From an uncultured Gammaproteobacteria bacterium (GTDB lineage Bacteria > Patescibacteriota > Patescibacteriia > Magasanikbacterales > GWA2-37-8): 64,000 nt of DNA. Shown piece by piece: positions 48,756 to 57,389 of this stretch; position 1 is the first letter of the stretch, and each line of letters begins with the position of its first letter. Under the pieces are notes generated by a model that saw nothing but the letters and a program-made list of their open reading frames with translations, was not told where the DNA came from and searched no databases. Location: assembly GCA_964540825.1 (NCBI GenBank), contig CAZINT010000001.1, positions 69,315 to 133,314 on the forward strand, in the 5' to 3' direction. The translations under genes were made by a program, and so were the position numbers.

Positions 48756-49157
48756 ATGGAACACAGAGAATTTACACCGCTTACATTTAACGAAGAAGTG
48801 CGTCAGCTGCATGAAAAGAACGGTGTTCATTTTACTGAGTTGATTGCCACAGTTGAATCGGGTGACGTAAGTGTAGAAACGATGCGCAAAGTAAAAGGGT
48901 GTCTTGATGAAGTTTTGCGCTTGGCAAATGTTACTCGCTATCAAAAGTTACGTGATACGATTCAGAGCGATGAACCTCGCAAAGAACTACAGCAAGTTTG
49001 GACAACTCTTTTTCTTAAGGTTCAAAATTTGAAGGCAAGATTGCATCAATTATCTGTTCATGACACTAGCCAAATGGCCGCTGAGCTCCGCGATGTCCAG
49101 GACGCGCTCAATCACTTCTGCACACTTGTAGAAAAAATATTTAATAGTCCTTCTTAG
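48756..49157 (+). CDS. hypothetical protein
   Basis: Tightly packed ORF between valS and tyrS. No recognised motif. Confidence 0.5.
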   Translation: MEHREFTPLTFNEEVRQLHEKNGVHFTELIATVESGDVSVETMRKVKGCLDEVLRLANVTRYQKLRDTIQSDEPRKELQQVWTTLFLKVQNLKARLHQLSVHDTSQMAAELRDVQDALNHFCTLVEKIFNSPS

Positions 49158-49175
49158 TAATTTATTTCGTTCCGT

Positions 49176-50357
49176 ATGAACGTTTCGCATGACCCTCAAA
49201 AAATTAATCAGCTGCTTACGCGTGGTGTAGAAAATATCTATCCTAAGCCCGACTTTTTGAAAGCACGCCTTGAGGAGGATAAACAGCTCACGCTCTACAC
49301 CGGGTACGACCCAACCGCGCCAACGCTTCATATTGGCCACGGTATTACCATGCTTAAACTCCGTCAGTTTCAGGACTTAGGGCACAAGATTATCATGCTC
49401 ATTGGCGACTTCACCGGTATGATCGGCGACCCAACTGACAAATCTTCGGCGCGTCAAAAATTAACCCGTGAGCAAGTACTGGAGAACTGCAAAGCATACA
49501 AAAAGCAAGCGGAAGCTATTTTGGATTTTGGTGGCAGTAATCCTGTGGAAGTGAAATTTAATAGTGAATGGCTGGCAAAGATGACTTTTGCGGAGGTGGT
49601 GGAACTGTCCAGCCATTTTACGGTACAACAAATGATGGAGCGCGACATGTTTGAAAAGCGCCTTACCGAAGAAAAACCAATTTATCTCCATGAATTTTTG
49701 TATCCACTCATGCAGGGCTATGACAGTGTTGCTATGGATGTGGACGGCGAAATTGGCGGCAACGATCAAACCTTCAACATGCTTGCTGGCCGAACCCTCA
49801 TGCGCGAGATGAAGCAGAAAGAAAAATTTGTTCTTACTATTAAGTTGCTTGCTGATGATAATGGTAAGAAAATGGGCAAGACCGAAGGTAATATGATTGC
49901 CTTATCGGACAGCCCAGAAGACATGTTTGGTAAAGTCATGCGCTGGAGCGATGGTATGATCGCCTCGGGTTTTACACTCTGCACCACTGTGCCAGAATCA
50001 GAAATTAAAGAAATTACAGCTGCGAAAAATCCTCGGGACGCCAAACTTCGTTTAGCCTACGAAATTACTAAAACATTTTTAGGTGAAGCTGCGGCCGAGC
50101 AAGGTAAAAAGCGTTTCGAAGAAGTCATTCAGAACAAAGAGGTTCCAGCCGAAATTCCAGAAATTGCACCAACTGCTTACGACATTGTCACTGTTTTAAC
50201 ACAGGCAAAATTGGTGAAAAGTAAATCCGAAGCGCGCCAGGTTATTGCGCAAGGCGGTGTAAAAATTAATGATCAAAAAGTTGAAGCAATCGATGTTGTG
50301 GTTAAGGCAGGAGATGTTGTTCAGAAAGGCAATCGGTTCTTTGTTAGGGTGAAATAG
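49176..50357 (+). CDS. tyrS: tyrosine--tRNA ligase
   Basis: HIGHG and KMGKT motifs. C-terminal S4 domain. Confidence 0.9.
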   Translation: MNVSHDPQKINQLLTRGVENIYPKPDFLKARLEEDKQLTLYTGYDPTAPTLHIGHGITMLKLRQFQDLGHKIIMLIGDFTGMIGDPTDKSSARQKLTREQVLENCKAYKKQAEAILDFGGSNPVEVKFNSEWLAKMTFAEVVELSSHFTVQQMMERDMFEKRLTEEKPIYLHEFLYPLMQGYDSVAMDVDGEIGGNDQTFNMLAGRTLMREMKQKEKFVLTIKLLADDNGKKMGKTEGNMIALSDSPEDMFGKVMRWSDGMIASGFTLCTTVPESEIKEITAAKNPRDAKLRLAYEITKTFLGEAAAEQGKKRFEEVIQNKEVPAEIPEIAPTAYDIVTVLTQAKLVKSKSEARQVIAQGGVKINDQKVEAIDVVVKAGDVVQKGNRFFVRVK

Positions 50358-50358
50358 T

Positions 50359-50895
50359 ATGAAGCTCATTGTTCTTTACGGTATTCCCGGAGTTGGTAAG
50401 AAAACAGTCGCTCTCGAACTTGAAAAAGTGACTGGTTTTAAGTTGATGGATAATCATACTGTAATTGATCTGGTACGGAGGCTTATTCCTCAAAAATTTC
50501 CAGTCTCAGTTGAAATTGCCCGACAAATTCGTTTGCTTTTAATTAAGGGTTTACTGGCTATTGACTGTCCGGGACTCATTATAACGTTTGCTGGAGGATC
50601 GTCAGGAGCAGCTGATTATTTAAAAGAACTAGTAAAAATGATCGAAGATGCTTGTGGTCAAGTTTATTTTGTTGAGCTGTCATGCGAGCTTAATGAAGTT
50701 CGTAGACGTATCGAGGAGCCTTCGCGCAAAGGGCACTTTAAAGTAGTGTTGCAGCAAGAACTCGATGAATTTTTGCTCAAAGATTATTTTAAGGGTTTGC
50801 CTGATTATGAATCTTTACGTGTTGACACAACTTATATCCCCCCTGAGGAATCTGCTGCGAAAATTGCTTCACACTTAAACATGGCAAATAAATAG
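50359..50895 (+). CDS. P-loop NTPase (small kinase-like ATP-binding protein)
   Basis: Walker A GIPGVGKKT. Confidence 0.55.
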   Translation: MKLIVLYGIPGVGKKTVALELEKVTGFKLMDNHTVIDLVRRLIPQKFPVSVEIARQIRLLLIKGLLAIDCPGLIITFAGGSSGAADYLKELVKMIEDACGQVYFVELSCELNEVRRRIEEPSRKGHFKVVLQQELDEFLLKDYFKGLPDYESLRVDTTYIPPEESAAKIASHLNMANK

Positions 50896-50896
50896 T

Positions 50897-52612
50897 ATGC
50901 TCAACCAGATCAAGAACGATTTAAAAAATTTACTTATTAAAGCGGGGGTTACTAATCCGCCCGAACTAACGACACCACCAAATCCAGACATGGGCGATTT
51001 TGCTTTGCCTTGTTTTGCGCTCGCCAAAGAACAAAAAAAGAGTCCAAATGAAGTGGCAAATGCTATTGTGGATGCGCTTGATAAGGCTGAATGGGAAAAG
51101 TATGAACTACTTCAGGATGTTGCTGCCGAAGGGCCGTATGTTAATTTTTTTCTTAAAAATTCAGCGCTCGCCGAGGGTGTCATTGAAGCGGTCAAAACGC
51201 AGAAAGAAAACTATGGCAGTAATAACCTGGGGCAGGGTAAGAAAGTAATGGTGGAGTACCCGTCCAATAATACCCATAAAGAATTTCATATTGGTCATCT
51301 GCGTAACGTGTGTATCGGCAACACGCTGGTAGAATTGTATCGCAAGAGTGGCTACGACGTAGTGGTTGTTAATTACCTTAATGACTTTGGTGCCCATGTA
51401 GCGAAGTGTCTCTGGGGGCTCATGAAATTTCATCAAAATGAGCAGCCCCCTGAGAATAAGCAAAAATGGCTTGGGGACATCTACGCTGAAGCCAGCCAGT
51501 ATGCCAAAGAGCACCCCGAATCAGCGGAAGAAATTGCCGCTGTTCAGAAGCGTCTTGAGCAGCACGAGCCAACGCTCGAAGAGGTGTTCATGATGACGCG
51601 TCAGTGGAGTATCGATCGCTTTGAAGAAATTTTTAAAGAACTGGGCGTGCAGCACCAGGCAGTTTTTTACGAAAAAGATTTGAAAGATCAGGGACAAAAA
51701 ATGGTGGAAGATTTGCTGGCCAAAGGAATTGCCAAGGTAGGGGAGCGAGGCGCAATTATTATTGATCTTGCCGAGTTTAATTTGGACGTAGCACTCTTAC
51801 GTAAAGCCGATGGTAGTGGCTTGTACCTCACCAGCGATCTACCGCTATCACAAGAAAAGTTTAAACAGTTCGATGTCGTTGAAAGTATCTATATCACCGG
51901 TCAAGAACAAAATTTTTATTTCAAGCAGTTGTTCAAAATCTTGGAGTTAATGGGCTTTCATAAAAAGATGACTCATATCGGCTACGGGCTCGTCAATAAA
52001 CCCGAGGGCAAAATGTCGTCCCGTCTGGGCAATGTCGTTTTGTATGATGAACTTCGTTCGGATGTTGAAACCCTTCTTATGGCGGCAAGCCGTGAACGGC
52101 ATCCGGATTGGGCGCCCGAGAAGCTTGAGGAGGTTGTGCGAGCAATTACCTTTGCGGCGCTTAAGTTCAACATGCAGCAGCACGAGGCGGCTAAAACATT
52201 TACCTTTGATGCCAAACAAGCCGTAAGTTTTGAAGGGTTTAGCGCGCCGTATATTTTGTACGTCGTTGCTCGTATTTCCAGCCTCTTCAAAAAAGCTCCA
52301 GTTGCATACCAGCACAACCTGCAAAGTGATTATGCACTTTTAATTGAACCAGAAGAAAAGAAACTGGTTATGATGATGGCTAGGTACGGGGGAGTGATCG
52401 AAAAGGCCCTTGAGACGTATAATCCGTCGGTTATAACCACCTACTGCTTTGAACTTGCTCAAGCTTTCAATGATTTTTATACGAAACAAAGCATTCTGAA
52501 CGCTGCTGACGAACTGCTTATTCAGACTCGTCTGACGCTCTGCGGGGCAGTGCAGCAGGTGCTTAAAAACGCTCTAGGGATTCTTACAATTAATACTATC
52601 GATGAAATGTAA
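50897..52612 (+). CDS. argS: arginine--tRNA ligase
   Basis: PSNNTHKEFHIGHLRN HIGH region. DALRYM-like C-terminal anticodon-binding domain. Confidence 0.85.
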   Translation: MLNQIKNDLKNLLIKAGVTNPPELTTPPNPDMGDFALPCFALAKEQKKSPNEVANAIVDALDKAEWEKYELLQDVAAEGPYVNFFLKNSALAEGVIEAVKTQKENYGSNNLGQGKKVMVEYPSNNTHKEFHIGHLRNVCIGNTLVELYRKSGYDVVVVNYLNDFGAHVAKCLWGLMKFHQNEQPPENKQKWLGDIYAEASQYAKEHPESAEEIAAVQKRLEQHEPTLEEVFMMTRQWSIDRFEEIFKELGVQHQAVFYEKDLKDQGQKMVEDLLAKGIAKVGERGAIIIDLAEFNLDVALLRKADGSGLYLTSDLPLSQEKFKQFDVVESIYITGQEQNFYFKQLFKILELMGFHKKMTHIGYGLVNKPEGKMSSRLGNVVLYDELRSDVETLLMAASRERHPDWAPEKLEEVVRAITFAALKFNMQQHEAAKTFTFDAKQAVSFEGFSAPYILYVVARISSLFKKAPVAYQHNLQSDYALLIEPEEKKLVMMMARYGGVIEKALETYNPSVITTYCFELAQAFNDFYTKQSILNAADELLIQTRLTLCGAVQQVLKNALGILTINTIDEM

Positions 52613-52676
52613 ACACCTTGAGTACAAAATGTACTCAAAATAGCGGGAGGGGCATATTTTGTTTTTTCACAAAAAG

Positions 52677-52685
52677 TGCTATACT
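52677..52685 (+). promoter_or_regulatory. extended -10 TGCTATACT upstream of the bactofilin gene
   Basis: Read directly. Confidence 0.4.
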
Positions 52686-52720
52686 CTTGGTAGACTTCTT
52701 AACCTTTATTTTCCTTTACT

Positions 52721-53212
52721 ATGATCTTTCAAAAAGCTGCTCCCAAATATGTACCAGAAGCCCCTGTTATCGATGATGAGGAAGACATGGACGTTATGGA
52801 AGAAACGCGGGATGAGGTAGAAACAGTGGTTGGTCCTTCGGTAAATGTTGAGGGTGATTTTGCTTCTGAGGGAAACATTATCGTCAAAGGAACGGTTTCG
52901 GGAAGTGTTGCTACTAGTAAATTTTTACTTGTGGAACAGGGTGCTAAAATCGTTGCCAATGTACGGGCAGGCAGCGCCAAAATTTCTGGTGAAGTAAAAG
53001 GCAATATGAAGGTAAAAGAAACCCTTGAATTGACGAGTACTGCCAAAGTGCTTGGTGATATTGAAGCGCGCACCTTGGTTATCGAAGGGGGCGCGATTTT
53101 GTATGGCAAGGTTACTATGCCGGGCCTTGAAGGGGCAGATATGAAACCAGCTCGCACTACACGATCTTCAACTATTAAACGAAACAACGACGAAGTATCT
53201 CTTGTTAGCTGA
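52721..53212 (+). CDS. bactofilin-family cytoskeletal protein
   Basis: Repetitive beta-helical segments (VEGDF...GNIIVKGTVSGSV...KISGEVKGNMKVKE...LVIEGGAILYGKV) typical of DUF583/bactofilin. Confidence 0.75.
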   Translation: MIFQKAAPKYVPEAPVIDDEEDMDVMEETRDEVETVVGPSVNVEGDFASEGNIIVKGTVSGSVATSKFLLVEQGAKIVANVRAGSAKISGEVKGNMKVKETLELTSTAKVLGDIEARTLVIEGGAILYGKVTMPGLEGADMKPARTTRSSTIKRNNDEVSLVS

Positions 53213-53271
53213 TAATAAATAATTTCTACTGTTCACGTGCTTGACGATAGAAATGATGTAGTGCATCAGCT

Positions 53272-54036
53272 ATGTATGTTTACCTCTACGACAACTTCTT
53301 GCGGGACAAGAAGTATCTTCCGACCATTAAAGCAATTGAAGTGCAATTGACTGATTTTGGTATTACGGGCAAAATTTTGCGCCTTACCAATTACGCTGAT
53401 GCTAAGCCGATTATTGACGACGAAATCAAACGCGGAGCCAAGACGGTGGTAATTGTGGGTAATGATCAAACCTTCGGTCATGTACTTTCCAAAAGCGCGA
53501 CGTGCAACGTTGTGTTTGGCTTTTTACCCATTGGCCCTGACAACACTATTGCCGAAGTTTTGGGCATCCCCGTTGGTGTCGAGGCCTGCTCAGTATTGTC
53601 ACAGCGTCGGCGTGAAAAATTAGATGTCGGGCTGATTAATAACCGGTATTTTGTCTCGCGCCTGCATGTTAAGCCGTCGCGCGTCGCGGTCACCTATGAC
53701 GACAAGTTTATGGTCAAAGCGAACGACCTTATGGAAGTTATTGTCTGTAACCTGCAGCCTTTTTATTGGAAACGAAGCAAAAAAGACAGCGACCTGGAAG
53801 TGGTTCATCCACAGGATGGCAAGCTCGAAGCGTTTTTACGGCCATTGACAAAGAAGGGGTGGTTCGGGTATACCTATGAGGAGCCAAGCGTGTTTCCGTT
53901 TGGTGAAATGCGGATTGAATCCGATGACCCGTTCGTGGTTGAGGCCGACGGCAAGACTACGAAAGAGCTTAAGGTAACAATTACTATGGCCAAAGAAAAG
54001 ATTGACATGATCGTTGGCCGCAATCGGAAGTTTTAA
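53272..54036 (+). CDS. DAGK_cat (diacylglycerol/lipid kinase catalytic)-like protein with a degenerate GGDG motif (VGNDQT)
   Basis: Overall YegS/BmrU-like pattern. The catalytic glycines are partly replaced. Confidence 0.45.
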   Translation: MYVYLYDNFLRDKKYLPTIKAIEVQLTDFGITGKILRLTNYADAKPIIDDEIKRGAKTVVIVGNDQTFGHVLSKSATCNVVFGFLPIGPDNTIAEVLGIPVGVEACSVLSQRRREKLDVGLINNRYFVSRLHVKPSRVAVTYDDKFMVKANDLMEVIVCNLQPFYWKRSKKDSDLEVVHPQDGKLEAFLRPLTKKGWFGYTYEEPSVFPFGEMRIESDDPFVVEADGKTTKELKVTITMAKEKIDMIVGRNRKF

Positions 54037-54043
54037 ACCACAT

Positions 54044-54130
54044 GCCCAGGTGGCGAAATTGGTAGACGCACTACCTTGAGGTGGTAGCTCCCGCAAGGGA
54101 ATGGAAGTTCGAGTCTTCTCCTGGGCACCA
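54044..54130 (+). tRNA. tRNA-Leu (anticodon GAG), class II with a long variable arm; CCA encoded
   Basis: Manual fold. Acceptor GCCCAGG/CCUGGGC, anticodon stem CUACC/GGUAG with loop UUGAGGU, long variable arm CUCCCGCAAGGG, T-loop UUCGAGU, 3' ACCA. Followed by terminator AAAAAACAGAAATACGAGTATTTCTGTTTTTT (54130-54161). Confidence 0.85.
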
Positions 54131-54168
54131 AAAAACAGAAATACGAGTATTTCTGTTTTTTAATATTA

Positions 54169-54197
54169 TTGACAAATAAGCCTTTATTAAGTAGAAT
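54169..54197 (+). promoter_or_regulatory. consensus promoter TTGACA-N17-TAGAAT driving the GC-rich island gene downstream of tRNA-Leu
   Basis: Read directly. Confidence 0.55.
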
Positions 54198-54276
54198 TTT
54201 GTATTCTTTGTAGTTCAGTCGGTAAAAGTAAACACGCTTTGTTTATTGCTACCGCCTGAATACGGAGAACAGCGTC

Positions 54277-54549
54277 ATGCAAAACCCCAGATCGCAGCGT
54301 TTGCGTGCAGCCTTGTTGATTGGCGTGTGTCTTTTCTGCGGCTGCCCAAACAAGGGTGTGGTTCAGCCAACGAGCGGCTCAGCCGTCGTTGCTCAGCCTC
54401 AGCACCAGCCGGATTTGGCGCCGGCCAGCCCTGACCTCACCGGGATTCCCTGGGCCAAGCAGCCTCACCCGATCAAGGTCAGTCCCGGAGAGCCTGATCC
54501 GGGTGCGTTTGAGCCTGCTTACGATACCGAGGAGAACAATCAGGAATGA
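54277..54549 (+). CDS. small GC-rich secreted/lipoprotein-like protein (island gene E), Pro-rich, function unknown
   Basis: GGAG RBS. N-terminal hydrophobic segment with Cys cluster LLIGVCLFCGC. Followed by the CAGCGAAGCGT...ACGCTTCGCTG inverted repeat and an ACTACTT/AAGTAGT + T6 terminator (54607-54631). Confidence 0.5.
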   Translation: MQNPRSQRLRAALLIGVCLFCGCPNKGVVQPTSGSAVVAQPQHQPDLAPASPDLTGIPWAKQPHPIKVSPGEPDPGAFEPAYDTEENNQE

Positions 54550-54690
54550 AAATCTACCAGCGAAGCGTAGGACTTCTGTGTCCACGCTTCGCTGCTGCCC
54601 CCCTCGACTACTTGCTGAAAGTAGTTTTTTACTTTTAAAAAATCATTTTTTTAAGTATACTATAGAAGACAGGTATTATTTATAAAAGCT

Positions 54691-54933
54691 ATGCATTACA
54701 TTTTAGGATTTATTATGGTCGTTGTTGGCGGTCTCTTAGTTGTAAAATCCGAATGGTTTTTGCAAAATTTTGGAACCGTTGCCTGGGCCGAAGAGCATTT
54801 GGGTTTTAATGGCGGGAGCCGTTTGTTTTACAAACTCACTGGTATTGTCATCATTTTTTTCGGATTTATGGTGGTTACCAATTTGATGGGTGCTTTTTTA
54901 ATGGGCACCGTTGGTAAACTTTTTGTTCGCTAA
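54691..54933 (+). CDS. small hypothetical two-TM membrane protein
   Basis: Hydrophobic helices. TATACT -10 upstream. Confidence 0.5.
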   Translation: MHYILGFIMVVVGGLLVVKSEWFLQNFGTVAWAEEHLGFNGGSRLFYKLTGIVIIFFGFMVVTNLMGAFLMGTVGKLFVR

Positions 54934-54934
54934 T

Positions 54935-55483
54935 ATGTCGCACGCTGGGCTTGCCCTTATTGATCCGCATGTTATCTTTGAAAAGATCGGCCTTAACAAA
55001 GGTATGCGTGTTGCCGATCTCGGGTGTGGGCGCACCGGGCATTTTGTTTTTACAGCTTCGCGCCAAGTCAAAGAAACCGGTGTTGTCTATGCAGTTGATA
55101 TTTTGAAAGATGTCTTGGAAAATATTAAAAGTCGCATTCGTTCCGAAGGATACGATAACGTCCAAACAGTTTGGTCAAATATCGAAATGGTCGGTAAAAC
55201 AGCTATTCCGGCCGAAACACTCGATGGCTGCTTTTTTGTAAATGTACTTTCTCGGTTAGGGGATAAGCGTGCTGCAATGGCCGAGGGGGCGCGCCTCTTG
55301 AAAAAAAACGGCTTTCTCGCTATCATTGAGTGGGCTAAACCGCTAGGAGTCCTGGGTCCAAGTCCGTCTGTCATGCTTACCGAGGAGCAGCTTAAGGAGA
55401 TTGCGGCGAAACAAGGATTAATGCCGGTAGAATCGTTTCCGTCGGGTGACTATCATTACTGCAGTATTTTTAGAAAGGAATAA
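54935..55483 (+). CDS. class I SAM-dependent methyltransferase
   Basis: Motif I VADLGCGRTG. Confidence 0.7.
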   Translation: MSHAGLALIDPHVIFEKIGLNKGMRVADLGCGRTGHFVFTASRQVKETGVVYAVDILKDVLENIKSRIRSEGYDNVQTVWSNIEMVGKTAIPAETLDGCFFVNVLSRLGDKRAAMAEGARLLKKNGFLAIIEWAKPLGVLGPSPSVMLTEEQLKEIAAKQGLMPVESFPSGDYHYCSIFRKE

Positions 55484-55525
55484 ATTTAATTTAAAACAGA
55501 GGGGGTTGTAATGTAATTAACGAAT

Positions 55526-55930
55526 ATGAGTCCTAAGAACTTTTTGTACTGGTCCTATTGGTTTTCGCAACCGCTCATTGCGCGTGATTGGGTTTTTTAC
55601 GTTTGGTTTGGTTGGTTCGCTGCCTTTTTGCTCGCGGGTATCGGTTTATTTATTGTGCGTTATTACGAAAAAGATTCACTTAAAAAAGAAGTGTACAAGC
55701 GCTACGGAATGATCGGTCTTGTTATGGGGTTCCTCGGACTCGTCTGGTTTTTCTTCCGTCAAGAACGCATTCCGTTTTTCTCCTGGCGTTTTTGGCTTCT
55801 GCCTTGGTTACCCTTGTTGGTGTGGTGGATTCGCAAAGTAACTCGTTTTGCCACCAAACGTGTACCGGTTATCCGCCAGCAACAACAACAAAAATCGATC
55901 AAAGATAAATATCTTCCAAAGCGGGCATAA
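55526..55930 (+). CDS. hypothetical Trp-rich membrane protein
   Basis: Several hydrophobic helices and a basic C-terminal tail. Confidence 0.5.
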   Translation: MSPKNFLYWSYWFSQPLIARDWVFYVWFGWFAAFLLAGIGLFIVRYYEKDSLKKEVYKRYGMIGLVMGFLGLVWFFFRQERIPFFSWRFWLLPWLPLLVWWIRKVTRFATKRVPVIRQQQQQKSIKDKYLPKRA

Positions 55931-55936
55931 ACTGTC

Positions 55937-56305
55937 TTGTCTATGGTAGTGCGAAGGGGGACAACGGTCGTAGGCGCTTGGGGAGAGTCACAGGCCTGCG
56001 ACTTTTTAGTTAGACAAAAGTTTTTAATTCGCGAGCGCAATTATCACACCACGGCTGGTGAAATTGATATAATAGCCGAGAAAGGAGGGGATTATTACTT
56101 TATTGAAGTCAAAACCCGGGCTGCTGGTGAAATGGCCACCGACCTGGCGATCACTCCAGCTAAACTACACAAACTGCAGAAAACCCTTAAAATGTATTGT
56201 TATCAGCGTAATATTGCCGACCGGTCATTAATTCTTGCGGGTCTCCTCGTTACTTTTAACCGAGCGACAGCACGAATCTCGTTTAGATTGGCGGTATTCT
56301 GTTGA
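55937..56305 (+). CDS. YraN-family (UPF0102) endonuclease-like protein
   Basis: GEIDIIAEKGGDYYFIEVKTR PD-(D/E)xK core typical of YraN. Confidence 0.7.
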   Translation: MSMVVRRGTTVVGAWGESQACDFLVRQKFLIRERNYHTTAGEIDIIAEKGGDYYFIEVKTRAAGEMATDLAITPAKLHKLQKTLKMYCYQRNIADRSLILAGLLVTFNRATARISFRLAVFC

Positions 56306-56374
56306 CACCACAAAGGTTTTCTGCTATATTTCGTCCATTAAAAGGCACTTCTTAAATTATCTAAGTATCCTCCT

Positions 56375-56956
56375 ATGAACTTTAAAAAAGAACGAACCTA
56401 CGCCATGATTAAGCCCGACGGTGTGCAAAAAGGCTTGATCGGTGAAATTATTCGTCGTTTTGAACAGCGCGATCTTAAAATCGTTGCTCTTGAAATGTTC
56501 CAGCCAACCCATGACCAAATCGACAACCATTATCCAAAAGAAGAAGCCTGGATCCGTCGCGTTGGCCAGAAGACCCTTGGAACCTACGAAAAATATGGTA
56601 TGGATGCTACGAAAGATTTTGGTACCAACGAAGACCTTGAAATCGGTAAACAAGTTCGCAGCTGGCTTGTAAGTTATATGACCTCCGCCCCACTTGTTCG
56701 CATGGTTGTGGAAGGCGTACATGCGGTAGATATGGTACGCAAGATTTGTGGAGCCACTATGCCATACCTCGCTGATATGGGTACGATCCGCGGAGATTAC
56801 TCTGCTGATTCACCGGCAATTGCCAACATTGAAAAACGTCCAGTTATGAACCTTATTCATGCATCCGAAACTCCGGCAGAAGCAGAGCATGAAATTAAGC
56901 ACTGGTTTGGCGGACGTGAAGATGTCATTTTTGACTACAAGCGCATTACTGACTAG
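56375..56956 (+). CDS. ndk: nucleoside diphosphate kinase (with internal insertions)
   Basis: ERTYAMIKPDGV N-terminus and NLIHASETPAEAEHEIKHWF active-site region. Confidence 0.8.
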   Translation: MNFKKERTYAMIKPDGVQKGLIGEIIRRFEQRDLKIVALEMFQPTHDQIDNHYPKEEAWIRRVGQKTLGTYEKYGMDATKDFGTNEDLEIGKQVRSWLVSYMTSAPLVRMVVEGVHAVDMVRKICGATMPYLADMGTIRGDYSADSPAIANIEKRPVMNLIHASETPAEAEHEIKHWFGGREDVIFDYKRITD

Positions 56957-56968
56957 TCTCTGGTACTT

Positions 56969-56997
56969 AAAAAATCCGCTCAAGCAGCGGATTTTTT
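56969..56997 (+). terminator. intrinsic terminator after ndk
   Basis: AAAAAATCCGCTCAAGCAGCGGATTTTTT. Confidence 0.8.
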
Positions 56998-57005
56998 GAT
57001 TTTAT

Positions 57006-57034
57006 TTGACAGTATTTTTCCACCCCTTTATACT
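57006..57034 (+). promoter_or_regulatory. orphan consensus promoter TTGACA-N17-TATACT with no protein gene downstream on this strand
   Basis: TTGACA at 57006-57011, TATACT at 57029-57034. Confidence 0.55.
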
Positions 57035-57040
57035 ACAAAA

Positions 57041-57232
57041 CAGATCGAGCGCTGAGGCGGCAAAAATGTTCTACAATACAAATTTTAGGTTTACTCATAT
57101 TGCTTAGACCTGAGGGTCTTTGCTGCGGTTTACCACTTACTTTGACGGAACACGTCAAACCGCTTTGGTTAGCCGATCGATAACAAGTAACTCCTTTTCG
57201 CCCCCTTGGCGCTCTGGGGTTATTTTTTTGTG
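57041..57232 (+). ncRNA. candidate small structured RNA (~190 nt) of unknown class
   Basis: Begins ~7 nt after the orphan promoter. Contains nested stems (AGACC/GGUCU, GCGGUUU/AAACCGC enclosing GACG/CGUC). Ends with a GC stem plus U7 (CCCC...GGGGTTATTTTTTT). No similarity to tRNA, tmRNA, RNase P or SRP consensus motifs was recognised. Confidence 0.3.
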
Positions 57233-57235
57233 AAG

Positions 57236-57318
57236 CAGATTAAGCAGGGTAGGCAGAGTAGGCAAATTAAGTAGAAATTCGCTACTTAATCTGCTTAGTA
57301 CTTACTCTGCCTACTCTG
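57236..57318. repeat. inverted arrays of a 9-bp unit: four direct copies CAGATTAAG/CAGGGTAGG/CAGAGTAGG/CAAATTAAG, a 10-bp centre, then four inverted copies (CTTAATCTG, CTTAGTA partial, CTTACTCTG, CCTACTCTG)
   Basis: Read directly. Could form a ~38-bp imperfect RNA stem or serve as a protein-binding array. Confidence 0.6.
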
Positions 57319-57346
57319 CTTTTAAATAAGTCATTTTTGGTTTAAA

Positions 57347-57375
57347 TAAAAAACTACTCTGTTGCGAGTAGTTTT
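57347..57375. terminator. bidirectional intrinsic terminator (also serves rpmB on the minus strand), built from the same ACTACTCTG-like motif
   Basis: AAAAAACTACTCTGTTGCGAGTAGTTTTT. Confidence 0.8.
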
Positions 57376-57389
57376 TCGGAAGATATGGT

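Noticed and set aside
52618-52640. Palindrome TTGAGTACAAAATGTACTCAA after argS
   Set aside because: It is most simply a weak terminator or operator hairpin. It is followed by no T-run and has no second copy that I could find. Kept only as a note.
57041-57232. Assignment of the orphan transcript to tmRNA, RNase P RNA, SRP RNA or 6S RNA
   Set aside because: None of the conserved motifs was found by eye: the tRNA-like GGTTCGAATCC plus ACCA end of tmRNA, the AGGAAAGTCCGGGC P4 region of RNase P, or the GGAAGCAGCC-type domain IV of SRP RNA. A 6S-like fold cannot be excluded without folding software, so the call is left as an unclassified candidate sRNA.
57236-57318. Possibility that the 9-mer array is a CRISPR array
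   Set aside because: Repeat units are directly adjacent, with no spacers. They are only 9 bp long and arranged as inverted arrays. No cas genes are nearby.
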